Assembly: GCA_964016885.1 (NCBI GenBank) | Contig: OZ024741.1 | Coordinates: forward strand, 413,044,001 to 413,108,000 | From: Eledone cirrhosa | Lineage: Eukaryota | DNA length: 64,000 bases | Reading direction: 5' to 3' | Shown: piece after piece, positions 1 through 16,600 of the stretch | How positions within the stretch are numbered: the stretch's first letter is position 1 | How the letters are laid out: every line of letters starts with the position of its first letter | Position numbers and translations under genes: made by a program | Notes under the pieces: generated by a model | Seen by the model: only the letters and a program-made list of their open reading frames with translations | Told to the model about the DNA's origin: nothing | Databases searched by the model: none

Positions 1-3000
1 CCACCACCACCATTACCTATACAACACTGTCCCCCCTTACCATCACACCACCACCACCATTACCTTTACAACACTGTCCTCCCTTACCATCACACCACCA
101 CCGTTACTTATACAACACTGTCACCCCTTACCATCACACCACCACCCCCACCATTACCTATACAACACTGTCCCCCCTTACTATCACACCACCACCACCT
201 ATACAACACTGTCCCCCTTTACCATCACAACACCACCACCTATACAACACTGTCCCCCTTTACCATCACACCACCACCACCACCATTACCTATGCAACAC
301 TGTCCCCCCTTACCATCACACCACCACCAGAACCATTACCTATACAACACTGTCCCCCCTTACCATCACACCACCACCACCATTACCTATACAACACTGT
401 CCTCCCATACCATCACACCACCCCCACCACCATTACCTATACAACACTGTCCCCCGTTACCATCACACCACCACCACCATTACCTATACAACACTATCCC
501 CTCTTGCCATCACACCACCACCACCATTACCTATACAACACTGTCCCCCGTTACCATCACACTACAACCATTACCTATACAACAATGTCACCCATTACCA
601 TCACACCACCACCTATACAGCACTGTCCCCCCTTACCATCACACCACCACCACCACCTATACAACACTGTCCTCCCTTACCATCACACCACCACCAACAC
701 CATTACCTATACAACACTGTCCTCCCTTACCATTACACCACCACCATTACCTATACAACACTGTCCCCCATTACTATCACACCACCACCACCACCATTAC
801 CTATACAACACTGTCCCCCCTTAACATCTCACCACCACTACCAACATTACCTATACAACACTGTCCCCCCTTACCATCACACCAGCACCACCACCATTAC
901 CTATACAACACTGTCCCCCCTTACTATCACACCACCACCACCATTACCTATACAACACTGTTGCCCCATACCATCACACCACCACCATTACCTATACAAC
1001 ACTGTCCTCCCTTACCATTACACCACCACCACCATTACCTATACAACACTGTCCTCCCTTACCATCACACCACCATCACCACCATTACCTATACAACACT
1101 GTCCTCACTTACCATCACACCACCACCACCACCATTACCTATACAACACTGTCCCCACATATCATCACACCACCACCACCAACATTACCTATACAACACT
1201 GTCCTCCCTTACCATCACACCACCACCATTACCTATACAACACTGTCCTCCCTTACCATCACACCACCACCATTACCTATACAACACTGTCCTCCCTTAC
1301 CATCACACCACCACCACCACCACCATTACCTATACAACACTGTCCCCCTTTACCATCACACCACCACCATTACCTATACAACACTCCCCCCTTACCATCA
1401 CACGACCACCATAACCTATACAACACTGTCCTCCCTTACCATCACACCACCACCACCAGCATTACCTATACAACACTGTCCTCCTTACCATCACACCACC
1501 ACCATTACCTATACAACACTGTCTTCCCTTACCATCACACCATCACCGTTACCTATACAACACTGTCCCGCCTTACCATCACACTACCACCACCACCATT
1601 ACCTATACAACACTGTCCTCCCTTACCATCACACAACCACCACCACCATTACCTATACAACACTGTCCCCCTTACCATCACACCACCACCACCATTACCT
1701 GTACAACACTTCCCCCTTACCATCACGCCACCACCACCATTACCTATACAACACTGTCCCCCGCCATACCATCACACCACCACTACCAACATTACCTATA
1801 AAACACTGTTCTCCCTTACCATCACACCACCACCACCACCCCCATTACCTATACAACACTGTCCCCCCTTACCATCACACCACCATTACCTATACAACAC
1901 TGTCCCTCCTTACCATCACACCACCACCACCACCATTACATATACAACACTGTCCCCCCTACCATCACACCACCACCACCATTACCTATACAACACTGTC
2001 CCCCGCCATACCATCACACCACCACCAACACCATTACCTATACAACACTGTCCCCCGTTACCATCACACCACCACCACCACCACCACCTCCACCTATACA
2101 ACACTGTCCTCCCTTACCATCACACCACCACCACCACCTATACAACACTGTCCCCCCTTACTATCACACCACCATCACCACCTTTACCTATACAACACTG
2201 TACCCCTTTACCATCACACCACCACCATTACCTATACAACACTGTCCCTCCTTACCATCACACCACCACCACCACCATTACCTATACAACACTGTCCCTC
2301 CTTACCATCACACAACCACCACCATTACCTATACAACACTGTCCCCCATTACCATCACACCACTACCACCACCTATACAGCACTGTCCCCCCTTACCATC
2401 ACACCACCACCACCACCTATACAACACCGTCCCCCCTTATCATCACACCACCACCACCACCACCATTACCTATACAACACTGTCGTCCCTTACCATCACA
2501 CCACCATTACCTATACAACACTGTGCTCCCTTACCATCACACCACCACCACCATTACCTATACAACACTGTTGCCCCCATACCATCACACCACCATTACC
2601 TATACAACACTGTCCTCCCTTACCATCACACCACCACCACCACCATTACCTATACAACACTGTCCCCCCTTAACATCTCACCACCACCACCACCATTACC
2701 TATACAACACTGTCCCCCCTTATCATCACACCACCACCATAACCTATACAACACTGTCCTCCCTTACCATCACACCACCATCACCACCATTACCTATACA
2801 ACACTGTCCTCCCTTACCATCACTCCACCACCACCACCATTACCTATACAACACTGTCCCACCCCTTATCATCACACCACCACCACCACCATTACCTATA
2901 CAACACTGTCACCCCTTTACCATCACACCACTACCACCACCACCATTACCTATACAACACTGTCCCCCCTTACCATCACACCACCACCACCATTACCTAT

Positions 3001-6000
3001 ACAACACTGTTGCCCCATACCATCACACCACCACCATTACCTATACAATACTGTCCTCCCTTACCATCACACCACCATCACCACCATTACCTATACAACA
3101 CTGTCCTCCCTTACCATCACTCCACCACCACCACCATTACCTATACAACACTGTCCGCCCTTACCATCACACCACCACCATTACCTATACAACACTGTCC
3201 TCCCTTACCATCACACCACCACCACCACCACCATTACCTATACAACACTGTCCCCCTTTACCATCACACTACCACCACCACCACCTCCACCTATACAACA
3301 CTGTCCCCCCTTACCATCACACCACCACTACCACCACCACCACCTATACAACACTGTCCCCCTTACCATCACGCCACCACCACCACCACCATTACCTATA
3401 CAACACTGTCCTCCCTTACCATCACACCACTACCACCACCACCACCTATACAACACTGTCCCCCTTACCATCACACCACCACCACCACCACCATTACCTA
3501 TACAACACTGTCCCCACTTACCATCACACCACCACCACCACCATTACCTATACAACACTGTCCCCCCTTACCATCACACCACCACCACCATTACGTATAC
3601 AACACTGTCCTCCCATACCATCACACCACCATTACCGATACAACACTGTCCCCCGTTACGATCTCACCACCACCACCACCTATACAACACAGTCCCCCCA
3701 CCATCACACCACCACCACCACCACCTATACAACACTGTCACCCCTTACCATCACACCACCACCACCACCATTACCTATACAACACTGTCCCCCCTTACCA
3801 TCACACCACCATCACCACCATTACCTATACAACACTGTCCTCCCTTACCATCACACCACCACCACCATTACCTATACAACACTGTCCCCCCCTTACCATC
3901 ACACCACCACCACCACCATTACCTATACAACACTGTCCTCCCTTACCATCACACCACCACCATTACCTATACAACACTTCACCCCTTACCACCACAACAC
4001 CACCACCATTACCTATACAACACTGTCCCCCGTTACCATCACACCACCACCACCACCATTACCTATACAACACTGTCCTCCCTTACCATCACACCACCAC
4101 CACCACCATTACCTATACAACACTGTCCTCCCTTACCATCACACCACCATTACCTATACAACACTGTTGCCCCCATACCATCACACCACCATTACCTATA
4201 CAACACTGTCCTCCCTTACCATCACACCACCACCACCACCATTACCTATACAACACTGTCCCCCCTTAACATCTCACCACCACTACCAACATTACCTATA
4301 CAACACTGTCCCCCCCCTTATCATCACACCACCACCACCACCACCATTACCTATACAACACTGTCCCCCCTTACCATCACACCACCACCACCACCATTAC
4401 CTATACAACACTGTACCCCTAACCATCACACCACAACCACCATTACCTATACAACACTGTTGCCCCATACCATCACACCACCATCACCACCATTACCTAT
4501 ACAACACTGTCCTCCCTTACCATCACTCCACCACCACCACCATTACCTATACAACACTGTCCGCCCTTACCATCACACCACCACCATTACCTATACAACA
4601 CTGTCCTCCCTTACCATCACACCACCACCACCATTACCTATACAACACTGTCCCCCTTTACCATCACACTACCACCACCACCACCTCCACCTATACAACA
4701 CTGTCCCCCCTTACCATCACACCACCACTACCACCACCACCACCTATACAACACTGTCCCCCTTACCATCACACCACCACCACCACCATTACCTATACAA
4801 CACTGTCCTCCCTTACCATCACACCACAACCACCACCTTTACCTATACAACACTGTCCCCACTTACCATCACACCACCACCACCACCATTACCTATACAA
4901 CACTGTCCCTCCTTACCATCACACCACCATTACGTATACGACACTGTCCTCCCATACCATCACACCACCACCACCATTACCTATACAACACAGTCCCCCC
5001 TTACCATCACACCACCACCACCACCACCACCTATACAACACTGTCACCCCTTACCATCACACCACCACCACCACCATTACCTATACAACACTGTCCCCCT
5101 TACCATCACACCACCACCACCACTATTACCTATACAACACTGTCCCTCCTTCCCATCACACCACCACCAACACCATTACCTATACAACACTGTCCCTCCT
5201 TACCATCACACCACCACTATTACCTATACAACACTGTCCTCCCATACCATAACACCACCACCACCACCATTACCTATACAACACTGTCCCCCCTTACCAT
5301 CACACCACCACCACCATTACCTATACAACACTGTCCCCCGTTACCATCACACCACTACCACCACCTATACAGCACTGTCCCCCCTTACCATCAAACAACC
5401 ACCACCACCTATACAACACTGTCCCCCCTTATCATCACACCACCACCACCACCATTACCTATACAACACTGTCCTCCCTTACCATCACACCACCACCACC
5501 ACCATTACCTATACAACACTGTCCTCCCTTACCATCACACCACCACCACCATTACCTATACAACACTGTTGCCCCCATACCATCACACCACCATTACCTA
5601 TACAACACTGTCCTCCCTTACCATCACACCACCACGACCACCATTACCTATACAACACTGTCCCCCCTTAACATCTCACCACCACCACCACCTATACAAC
5701 ACTGTCACCCCTTACCATCACACCACCACCACCATTACCTATACAACACTGTCCCCCCTTACCATCACACCACCACCACCACCATTACATATACAACACT
5801 GTCCTCCCTTACCATCACACCACCACAACCACCACCATTACCTATACAACACTGTACCCCTTTACCATCACACCACCACCATTACCTATACAACACTGTC
5901 CCCCCTTACCATCACACGACCACCACCACCATTACCTATACTACATTGTCCTACCTTACCATCACACCACCACCATAACCTATACAACACTGTCCTCCCT

Positions 6001-7519
6001 TACCATCACACCACCATTACCTATACAACACTGTCCTCCCTTACCATCACACCACCACCATTACCTATACAACACTGTCTTCCCTTACCATCACACCATC
6101 ACCGTTACCTATACAGCACTGTCCCGCCTTACCATCACACAACCACCACCACCATTACCTATACAACACTGTCCCCCTTACCATCACACCACCACCACCA
6201 TTACCTGTACAACACTTCCCCCTTACCATCACGCCACCACCACCATTACCTATACAACACTGTCCCCCGCCATACCATCACACCACCACTACCAACATTA
6301 CCTATAAAACACTGTCCTCCCTTACCATCACACCACCACCACCACCGCCATTACCTATACAACACTGTCCCCCCTTACCATCACACCACCACCACCACCA
6401 CCATTACCTATACAACACTGTCCCCCGCCATACCATCACACCACCACCAACACCATTACCTATACAACACTGTCCCCCGTTACCATCACAACACCACCAC
6501 CACCACCACCTCCACCTATACAACACTGTCCCCCCTTACCATCACACCACCACCACCTTTACCTATACAACACTGTACCCCCTTACCATCACACCACCAC
6601 CATTACCTATACAACACTGTCCCTCCTTACCATCACACCACCACCACCACCATTACCTATACAACACTGTCCCTCCTTACCATCACACAACCACCACCAT
6701 TACCTATACAACACTGTTGCCCCTTACCATCACACCACCACCACCACCATTACCTATACAATACTGTCCTCCCTTACCATCACACCACCATCACCACCAT
6801 TACCTATACAACACTGTCCCCCCTTACCATCACACCACCACTACCACCATTACCTATATAACACTGTCCCCCCTTATCATCACACCACAACCACCAACAT
6901 TACCTATACAACACTGTCCCCCGTTACCATCACACCACCACCACCACCTATACAGCACTCTCCCCCCTTACCATCACACCACCACCACCACCACCACCAC
7001 CTATACAACACTGTCCCCCCTTACCATCACACCACCATTACCTATACAACACTGTCCTCCCTTACCATCACACCACCATTACCTATACAACACTGTCCTC
7101 CCTTACCATCACACCACCACCACCACCATTACCTATACAACACTGTCCCCCCTTACCATCACACCACTACCACCACCATTACCTATACAACACTGTCCCC
7201 CCTTACCATCACACCACTACCACCACCATTACCTATACAACACTGTCCCCCCTTACCATCAAACCACCACCACCATTAACTATACAACACTGTTGCCTCC
7301 ATGCCATCACACCACCACCACCACCATTACCTATACAACACTGTTGCCCCCATACCATCACACCACCACCACCACCATTACCTATACAACACTGTCCTCC
7401 CCTACCACACACCACCACCATTACCTATACAACACTGTCCCCCCTTACCATCACACCACCACCACCACCTATACAACACTGTCCTCCCTTACCACACACC
7501 ACCAACACCACCAGCACCA

Positions 7520-8427
7520 TCTATATATATAAAACTGTGGTTGTCTGTCTGTCTATCGATTTTTGGCACACATCTCCTCTTAGAATCTCTGACGGAATTG
7601 CACCGAAATTGCTATACTTGTACATTGAGCCCTAGCGAAGACATCGGAAAAAATATTTCAAATTGACCCGCCCTATGTGACGAAATCGAATATAATGTAC
7701 GATTTTTGAGCGTAAGTTATCAGTTATTTCCCTTTGTTCTGTTTACATTGAGCGTCTTACGTAAAAAATTACGCTGGCTTTCTCAGCGTTTAAAATGACA
7801 TTAACACAATACAGGAACAGTTGTCGAGCCAGCAAAATATTGACCTGCAAAATTCATCAGTTCGAACACTAAGCTTCCGTTTTGCTTCATTTCCATTTAA
7901 AAGCATTTTAAAACAATATTTTTACTTGAAAACAAGTCTATTTAAAGACTACGTAAAACAAGCAAATATTTCGTCGTTAGGCGTGCAGACAGACAGTCGT
8001 GCAGACAGACAGTCGTGCAGAGAGGTGATATAGGCGTGCAGACAGACAGTCGTGCAGAGAGGTGATATAGGCGTGCAGACAGACAGTCGTGCAGAGAGGT
8101 GATATAGGCGTGCAGACAGACATAACTGATAATTTGGTTACGCTAATGTTTTTCTCTGCGTTGCAGTGTTTACATTTTCGATCTTTGTTAATAAATAACC
8201 AGTGCAGTTTCTATCCCCAGCATCCTCTTTTGTTATAACATTCGGGTTATCGTTATGTTTTCTTAACTTCATAAGGCATATTGTTGGTTGAGGGAATATT
8301 AATCAAAAACACCACATGCAAGTCTGCACAGTAGACACTACAGTTTTTAAGCCAAGAAAGAAACTTAACATTGTAACTTTAACAGAGCTACTGAGCGACC
8401 CCGAGCAACGCCGGGCTTTACTGCTAG
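7520..8427 (+). mobile_element. Non-autonomous Helitron (908 bp), copy 1
   Basis: Starts 5'-TCTATATATATAAAA and ends CTAG-3'; GC hairpin CCCG-AGCAACGC-CGGG (8400-8415) 8 nt before CTAG; inserted between A and T of the satellite motif CCA^TTACC with no TSD; short (GTCT)n near the 5' end; no Rep/helicase ORF. Confidence 0.9.
7980..8121 (+). repeat. 37-bp minisatellite inside the Helitron (GGCGTGCAGACAGACAGTCGTGCAGAGAGGTGATATA, ~3.5 copies; second copy 13240-13381)
   Basis: Direct tandem copies visible in both Helitron copies. Confidence 0.9.
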
Positions 8428-11400
8428 TTACCTATACAACACTGTCCCCCCTTACCATCACACCACCACCACCACCTATACAACACTGTCTCCCATACCA
8501 CCACACCACCACCACCACCATTACCTATACAACACTGTCTTCCCTTACCATCACACCACCATCACCACCATTACCTATACAACACAGTCCTCCCTTACCA
8601 TCACACCACCACCACCACCATTACCTGTACAACACTGTCCCCCCTTACAATCACACCACCACTACCACCATTACCTATACAACACTGTCCTCCCTTACCA
8701 TCACACCATCACCACCACCATTATCTGTACAACACTGTCCCCCCTTACCATCACACCACCACTACCACCATTACCTATACAACACTGTCCTCCCTTACCA
8801 TCACACCACCACTACCCCATTACCTATACAACACTGTCCTCCCTTACCATCACACCACCACTACCAACATTGCCTATACAACACTGTCCTCCCTTACCAT
8901 CACACCACCACTACCAACATTACCTATACAACACTGTCCTCCCTTACCACACACCACCACCATTACCTATACAACACTGTCCCCCCCTTACAATCACACC
9001 ACCGTTACCTATACAACACAGTCCTCCCTTACCATCACACCATCACCACCACCATTACCTGTACAACACTGTCATCCCTTACCATCACACCACCACTACC
9101 ACCATTACCTATACAACACTGTCCTCCCTTACCATCACACCACCACTACCAACATTACCTATACAACACTGTCCTCCCTTACCATCACACCACCACTACC
9201 AACATTACCTATACAACACTGTCCTCCCTTACCATCACACCACCACTACCAACATTACCTATACAACACTGTCCCCCCTTACCATCACACCACCACCACT
9301 GTTACCTATACAACACTGTCCTCTCTTACCATGACTCCACCACCACCGTTACCTATACAACACTGTCCTCCCTTACCATCACACCACCACTACCAACATT
9401 ACCTATACAACACTGTCCCCCCTTATCATCACACCACCACCACCACCATTACCTATATAACACTGTCCGCCCTTACCATCACACCACCACCATTACCTAT
9501 ACAACACTGTCCTCCCTTACCATCACACCACCACCACCACCACCATTACCTATACAACACTGTCCCCCTTTACCATCACACTACCACCACCACCAATTCC
9601 ACCTATACAACACTGTCCCCCCTTACCATCACACCACCACCACCACCTATACAACACTGTCCCCCTTACCATCACACCACAACCACCACCATTACCTATA
9701 CAACACTGTCCCCCCTTACCATCACACCACCACTACCAACATTACCTATATAACACTGTCCCCCCTTACCATCACACCACCACCACCACCACCATTACCT
9801 ATACAACACTGTCCCCACTTACCATCACACCACCACCACCACCATTACCTATACAACACTGTCCCCCCTTACCATCACATCACCACCACCATTACGTATA
9901 CAACACTGTCCTCCCATACCATCACACCACCACCACCATTACCGATACAACACTGTCCCCCCTTACCATCACATCACCACCACCATTACGTATACAACAC
10001 TGTCCCCCGTTACCATCACACCACCACCACCATTACCGATACAACACTGTCCCCCGTTACGATCACACCACCACCACCACCTATACAACACAGTCCCCCC
10101 TTACCATCACACCACCACCACCACCACCTATACAACACTGTCACCCCTTACCATCACACCACCACCACCACCATTACCTATACAACACTGTCCCCCCTTA
10201 CCATCACACCAACACCACCACCATTACCTATACAACACTGTCCTCCCTTACCATCACACCGCCACCCCCACCATTACCTATACAACACAGTCCCCCCTTA
10301 CCATCACACCGCCACCACCACCACCTATACAACACTGTCCCCCTTTACCATCACACCACCACCACCACCATTACCTATACAACACTGTCTGCCTTTACCA
10401 TCACACCACCACCATTACCTATACAACACTGTCCCCCCTTATCATCACACCACCACCACCACCATTACCTATACAACACTGTCCGCCCTTACCATCACAC
10501 CACCACCATTACCTATACAACACTGTCCTCCCTTACCATCACACCACCACCACCACCACCACCACCACCACCACCACCACCACCACCACCACCATTACCT
10601 ATACAACACTGTCCCCCTTTACCATCACACTACCACCACCACCACCTCCACCTATACAACACTGTTGCCCCTTACCATCACACCACCACTACCACCACCA
10701 CCACCTATACAACACTGTCCCCCTTACCATCACACCACCACCATTACCTATACAAAACTGTCCTCCCTTACCATCACACCACAACCACCACCATTACCTA
10801 TACAACACTGTCCCCCCTTACCATCACACCACCACTACCAACATTACCTATATAACACTGTCCCCCCTTACCATCACACCACCACCACCACCACCATTAC
10901 CTATACAACACTGTCCCCACTTACCATCACACCACCACCACCACCATTACCTATACAACACTGTCCCCCCTTACCATCACACCACCACCACCATTACGTA
11001 TACAACACTGTCCTCCCATACCATCACACCAACACCACCATTACCTATACAACACTGTCCCCCCTTACCATCACACCACCACCACCACCTATACAACACT
11101 GTCCCCCCTTACCATCACGCCACCACCACCATTACCTATACAACACTGTCCTCCCATACCATCACACCAACACCACCATTACCTATACAACACAGTCCCC
11201 CCTTACCATCACACCACCACCTATACAACACTGTCCCCCCTTACCATCACACCACCACCACCATTACCTATACAACACTGTCCTCCCATACCATCACACC
11301 AACACCACCATTACCTATACAACACAGTCCCCCCTTACCATCACACCACCACCACCACCACCACCTATACAACACTGTCACTCCTTACCATCACACCACC

Positions 11401-12779
11401 ACCACCACCATTACCTATACAACACTGTCCTCCCTTACCATCACACCACCACCACCACCATTACCTATACAACACTGTCCTCCCTTACCATCACACCACC
11501 ACCACCATTACCTATACAACACTGTTGCCCCCATACCATCACACCACCATTACCTATACAACACTGTCCTCCCTTACCATCACACCACCACCACCACCAT
11601 TACCTATACAACACTGTCCACCCCCTTATCATCACACCACCACCACCACCACCATTACCTATACAACACTGTCCCCCCCTTACCATCACACCACCACCAT
11701 TACCTATACAACACTGTCCCCCCTTACCATCACACCACAACCACCATTACCTATACAACACTGTTGCCCCATACCATCACACCACCACCACCACCATTAC
11801 CTATACAATACTGTCCTCCCTTACCATCACACCACCATCACCACCATTACCTATACAACACTGTCCTCCCTTACCATCACTCCACCACCACCACCATTAC
11901 CTATACAACACTGTCCCCCCTTATCATCACACCACCACCACCACCACCACCATTACCTATACAACACTGTCCGCCCTTACCATCACACCACCACCATTAC
12001 CTATACAACACTGTCCTCCCTTACCATCACACCACCACCAACTATTACCTATACAACACTGTCCCCCTTTACCATCACACTACCACCACCACCACCTCCA
12101 CCTATACAACACTGTCCCCCCTTACCATCACACCACCACTACCACCACCACCACCTATACAACACTCCCCCTTACCATCACACCACCACCACCACCATTA
12201 CCTATACAACACTGTCCCCCCTTACCATCACACCACCACTACCAACATTACCTATATAACACTTTCCCCCTTACCATCACACCACCACCACCACCACCAC
12301 CACCTATACAACACTGTCCCCCCCTTACTATCACACCACCATCACCACCTTTACCTATACAACACTGTACCCCCTTACCATCACACCACCACCATTACCT
12401 ATACAACACTGTCCCTCCTTACCATCACACCACCACCACCACCATTACCTATACAACACTGTCCCTCCTTACCATCACACCACCACCAACATTACCTATA
12501 CAACACTGTCCCCCCCTTACCATCACACCACTACCACCACCTATACAGCACTGTCCCCCCTTACCATTAAACAACCACCACCACCTATACAACACTGTCC
12601 CCCCTTATCATCACACCACCACCACCACCATTACCTATACAACACTGTCCTCCCTTACCATCACACCACCACCACCACCATTACCTATACAACACTGTCC
12701 CCCCTTACCATCACACCACCACCACCACCTATACAACACTGTCCTCCCTTACCACACACCACCAACACCACCAGCACCA

Positions 12780-13687
12780 TCTATATATATAAAACTGTGG
12801 TTGTCTGTCTGTCTATCAATTTTTGGCACACATCTCCTCTTAGAATCTCTGACGGAATTGCACCGAAATTGCTATACTTGTACATTGAGCCCTAGCGAAG
12901 ACATCGGAAAAAATATTTCAAATTGACCCGCCCTATGTGACGAAATCGAATATAATGTACGATTTTTGAGCGTAAGTTATCAGTTATTTCCCTTTGTTCT
13001 GTTTACATTGAGCGTCTTACGTAAAAAATTACGCTGGCTTTCTCAGCGTTTAAAATGACATTAACACAATACAGGAACAGTTGTCGAGCCAGCAAAATAT
13101 TGACCTGCAAAATTCATCAGTTCGAACACTAAGCTTCCGTTTTGCTTCATTTCCATTTAAAAGCATTTTAAAACAATATTTTTACTTGAAAACAAGTCTA
13201 TTTAAAGACTACGTAAAACAAGCAAATATTTCGTCGTTAGGCGTGCAGACAGACAGTCGTGCAGACAGACAGTCGTGCAGAGAGGTGATATAGGCGTGCA
13301 GACAGACAGTCGTGCAGAGAGGTGATATAGGCGTGCAGACAGACAGTCGTGCAGAGAGGTGATATAGGCGTGCAGACAGACATAACTGATAATTTGGTTA
13401 CGCTAATGTTTTTCTCTGCGTTGCAGTGTTTACATTTTCGATCTTTGTTAATAAATAACCAGTGCAGTTTCTATCCCCAGCATCCTCTTTTGTTATAACA
13501 TTCGGGTTATCGTTATGTTTTCTTAACTTCATAAGGCATATTGTTGGTTGAGGGAATATTAATCAAAAACACCACATGCAAGTCTGCACAGTAGACACTA
13601 CAGTTTTTAAGCCAAGAAAGAAACTTAACATTGTAACTTTAACAGAGCTACTGAGCGACCCCGAGCAACGCCGGGCTTTACTGCTAG
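12780..13687 (+). mobile_element. Non-autonomous Helitron (908 bp), copy 2, duplicated with its flanks
   Basis: Same sequence as 7520-8427 at offset 5260; the only difference I spotted is G7558 vs A12818; flanking satellite variants match on both sides. Confidence 0.9.
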
Positions 13688-16600
13688 TTACCTATACAAC
13701 ACTGTCCCCCCTTACCATCACACCACCACCACCACCTATACAACACTGTCTCCCATACCACCACACCACCACCACCACCATTACCTATACAACACTGTCT
13801 TCCCTTACCATCACACCACCATCACCACCATTACCTATACAACACAGTCCTCCCTTACCATCACACCACCACCACCACCATTACCTGTACAACACTGTCC
13901 CCCCTTACAATCACACCACCACTACCACCATTACCTATACAACACTGTCCTCCCTTACCATCACACCATCACCACCACCATTATCTGTACAACACTGTCC
14001 CCCCTTACCATCACACCACCACTACCACCATTACCTATACAACACTGTCCTCCCTTACCATCACACCACCACTACCCCATTACCTATACAACACTGTCCT
14101 CCCTTACCATCACACCACCACTACCAACATTGCCTATACAACACTGTCCTCCCTTACCATCACACCACCACTACCAACATTACCTATACAACACTGTCCT
14201 CCCTTACCACACACCACCACCATTACCTATACAACACTGTCCCCCCCTTACAATCACACCACCGTTACCTATACAACACAGTCCTCCCTTACCATCACAC
14301 CATCACCACCACCATTACCTGTACAACACTGTCATCCCTTACCATCACACCACCACTACCACCATTACCTATACAACACTGTCCTCCCTTACCATCACAC
14401 CACCACTACCAACATTACCTATACAACACTGTCCTCCCTTACCATCACACCACCACTACCAACATTACCTATACAACACTGTCCTCCCTTACCATCACAC
14501 CACCACTACCAACATTACCTATACAACACTGTCCCCCCTTACCATCACACCACCACCACTGTTACCTATACAACACTGTCCTCTCTTACCATGACTCCAC
14601 CACCACCGTTACCTATACAACACTGTCCTCCCTTACCATCACACCACCACTACCAACATTACCTATACAACACTGTCCCCCCTTATCATCACACCACCAC
14701 CACCACCATTACCTATATAACACTGTCCGCCCTTACCATCACACCACCACCACCACCACCATTACCTATACAACACTGTCCCCCTTTACCATCACACTAC
14801 CACCACCACCAATTCCACCTATACAACACTGTCCCCCCTTACCATCACACCACCACCACCACCTATACAACACTGTCCCCCTTACCATCACACCACAACC
14901 ACCACCATTACCTATACAACACTGTCCCCCCTTACCATCACACCACCACTACCAACATTACCTATATAACACTGTCCCCCCTTACCATCACACCACCACC
15001 ACCACCACCATTACCTATACAACACTGTCCCCACTTACCATCACACCACCACCACCACCATTACCTATACAACACTGTCCCCCCTTACCATCACATCACC
15101 ACCACCATTACGTATACAACACTGTCCTCCCATACCATCACACCACCACCACCATTACCGATACAACACTGTCCCCCGTTACCATCACACCACCACCACC
15201 ATTACCGATACAACACTGTCCCCCGTTACCATCACACCACCACCACCATTACCGATACAACACTGTCCCCCCTTACCATCACACCACCACCACCATTACC
15301 GATACAACACTGTCCCCCGTTACCATCACACCACCACCACCATTACCGATACAACACTGTCCCCCGTTACGATCACACCACCACCACCACCTATACAACA
15401 CAGTCCCCCCTTACCATCACACCACCACCACCACCACCTATACAACACTGTCACCCCTTACCATCACACCACCACCACCACCATTACCTATACAACACTG
15501 TCCCCCCTTACCATCACACCAACACCACCACCATTACCTATACAACACTGTCCTCCCTTACCATCACACCGCCACCCCCACCATTACCTATACAACACAG
15601 TCCCCCCTTACCATCACACCGCCACCACCACCACCTATACAACACTGTCCCCCTTTACCATCACACCACCACCACCACCATTACCTATACAACACTGTCT
15701 GCCTTTACCATCACACCACCACCATTACCTATACAACACTGTCCCCCCTTATCATCACACCACCACCACCACCATTACCTATACAACACTGTCCGCCCTT
15801 ACCATCACACCACCACCATTACCTATACAACACTGTCCTCCCTTACCATCACACCACCACCACCACCACCACCACCACCACCACCACCACCACCACCACC
15901 ATTACCTATACAACACTGTCCCCCTTTACCATCACACTACCACCACCACCACCTCCACCTATACAACACTGTTGCCCCTTACCATCACACCACCACTACC
16001 ACCACCACCACCTATACAACACTGTCCCCCTTACCATCACACCACCACCATTACCTATACAAAACTGTCCTCCCTTACCATCACACCACAACCACCACCA
16101 TTACCTATACAACACTGTCCCCCCTTACCATCACACCACCACTACCAACATTACCTATATAACACTGTCCCCCCTTACCATCACACCACCACCACCACCA
16201 CCATTACCTATACAACACTGTCCCCACTTACCATCACACCACCACCACCACCATTACCTATACAACACTGTCCCCCCTTACCATCACACCACCACCACCA
16301 TTACGTATACAACACTGTCCTCCCATACCATCACACCAACACCACCATTACCTATACAACACTGTCCCCCCTTACCATCACACCACCACCACCACCTATA
16401 CAACACTGTCCCCCCTTACCATCACGCCACCACCACCATTACCTATACAACACTGTCCTCCCATACCATCACACCAACACCACCATTACCTATACAACAC
16501 AGTCCCCCCTTACGATCACACCACCACCTATACAACACTGTCCCCCCTTACCATCACACCACCACCACCATTACCTATACAACACTGTCCTCCCATACCA

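Noticed and set aside
12780-13687. Second Helitron as an independent insertion
   Set aside because: Same insertion point and matching flanking variants indicate duplication of a block.
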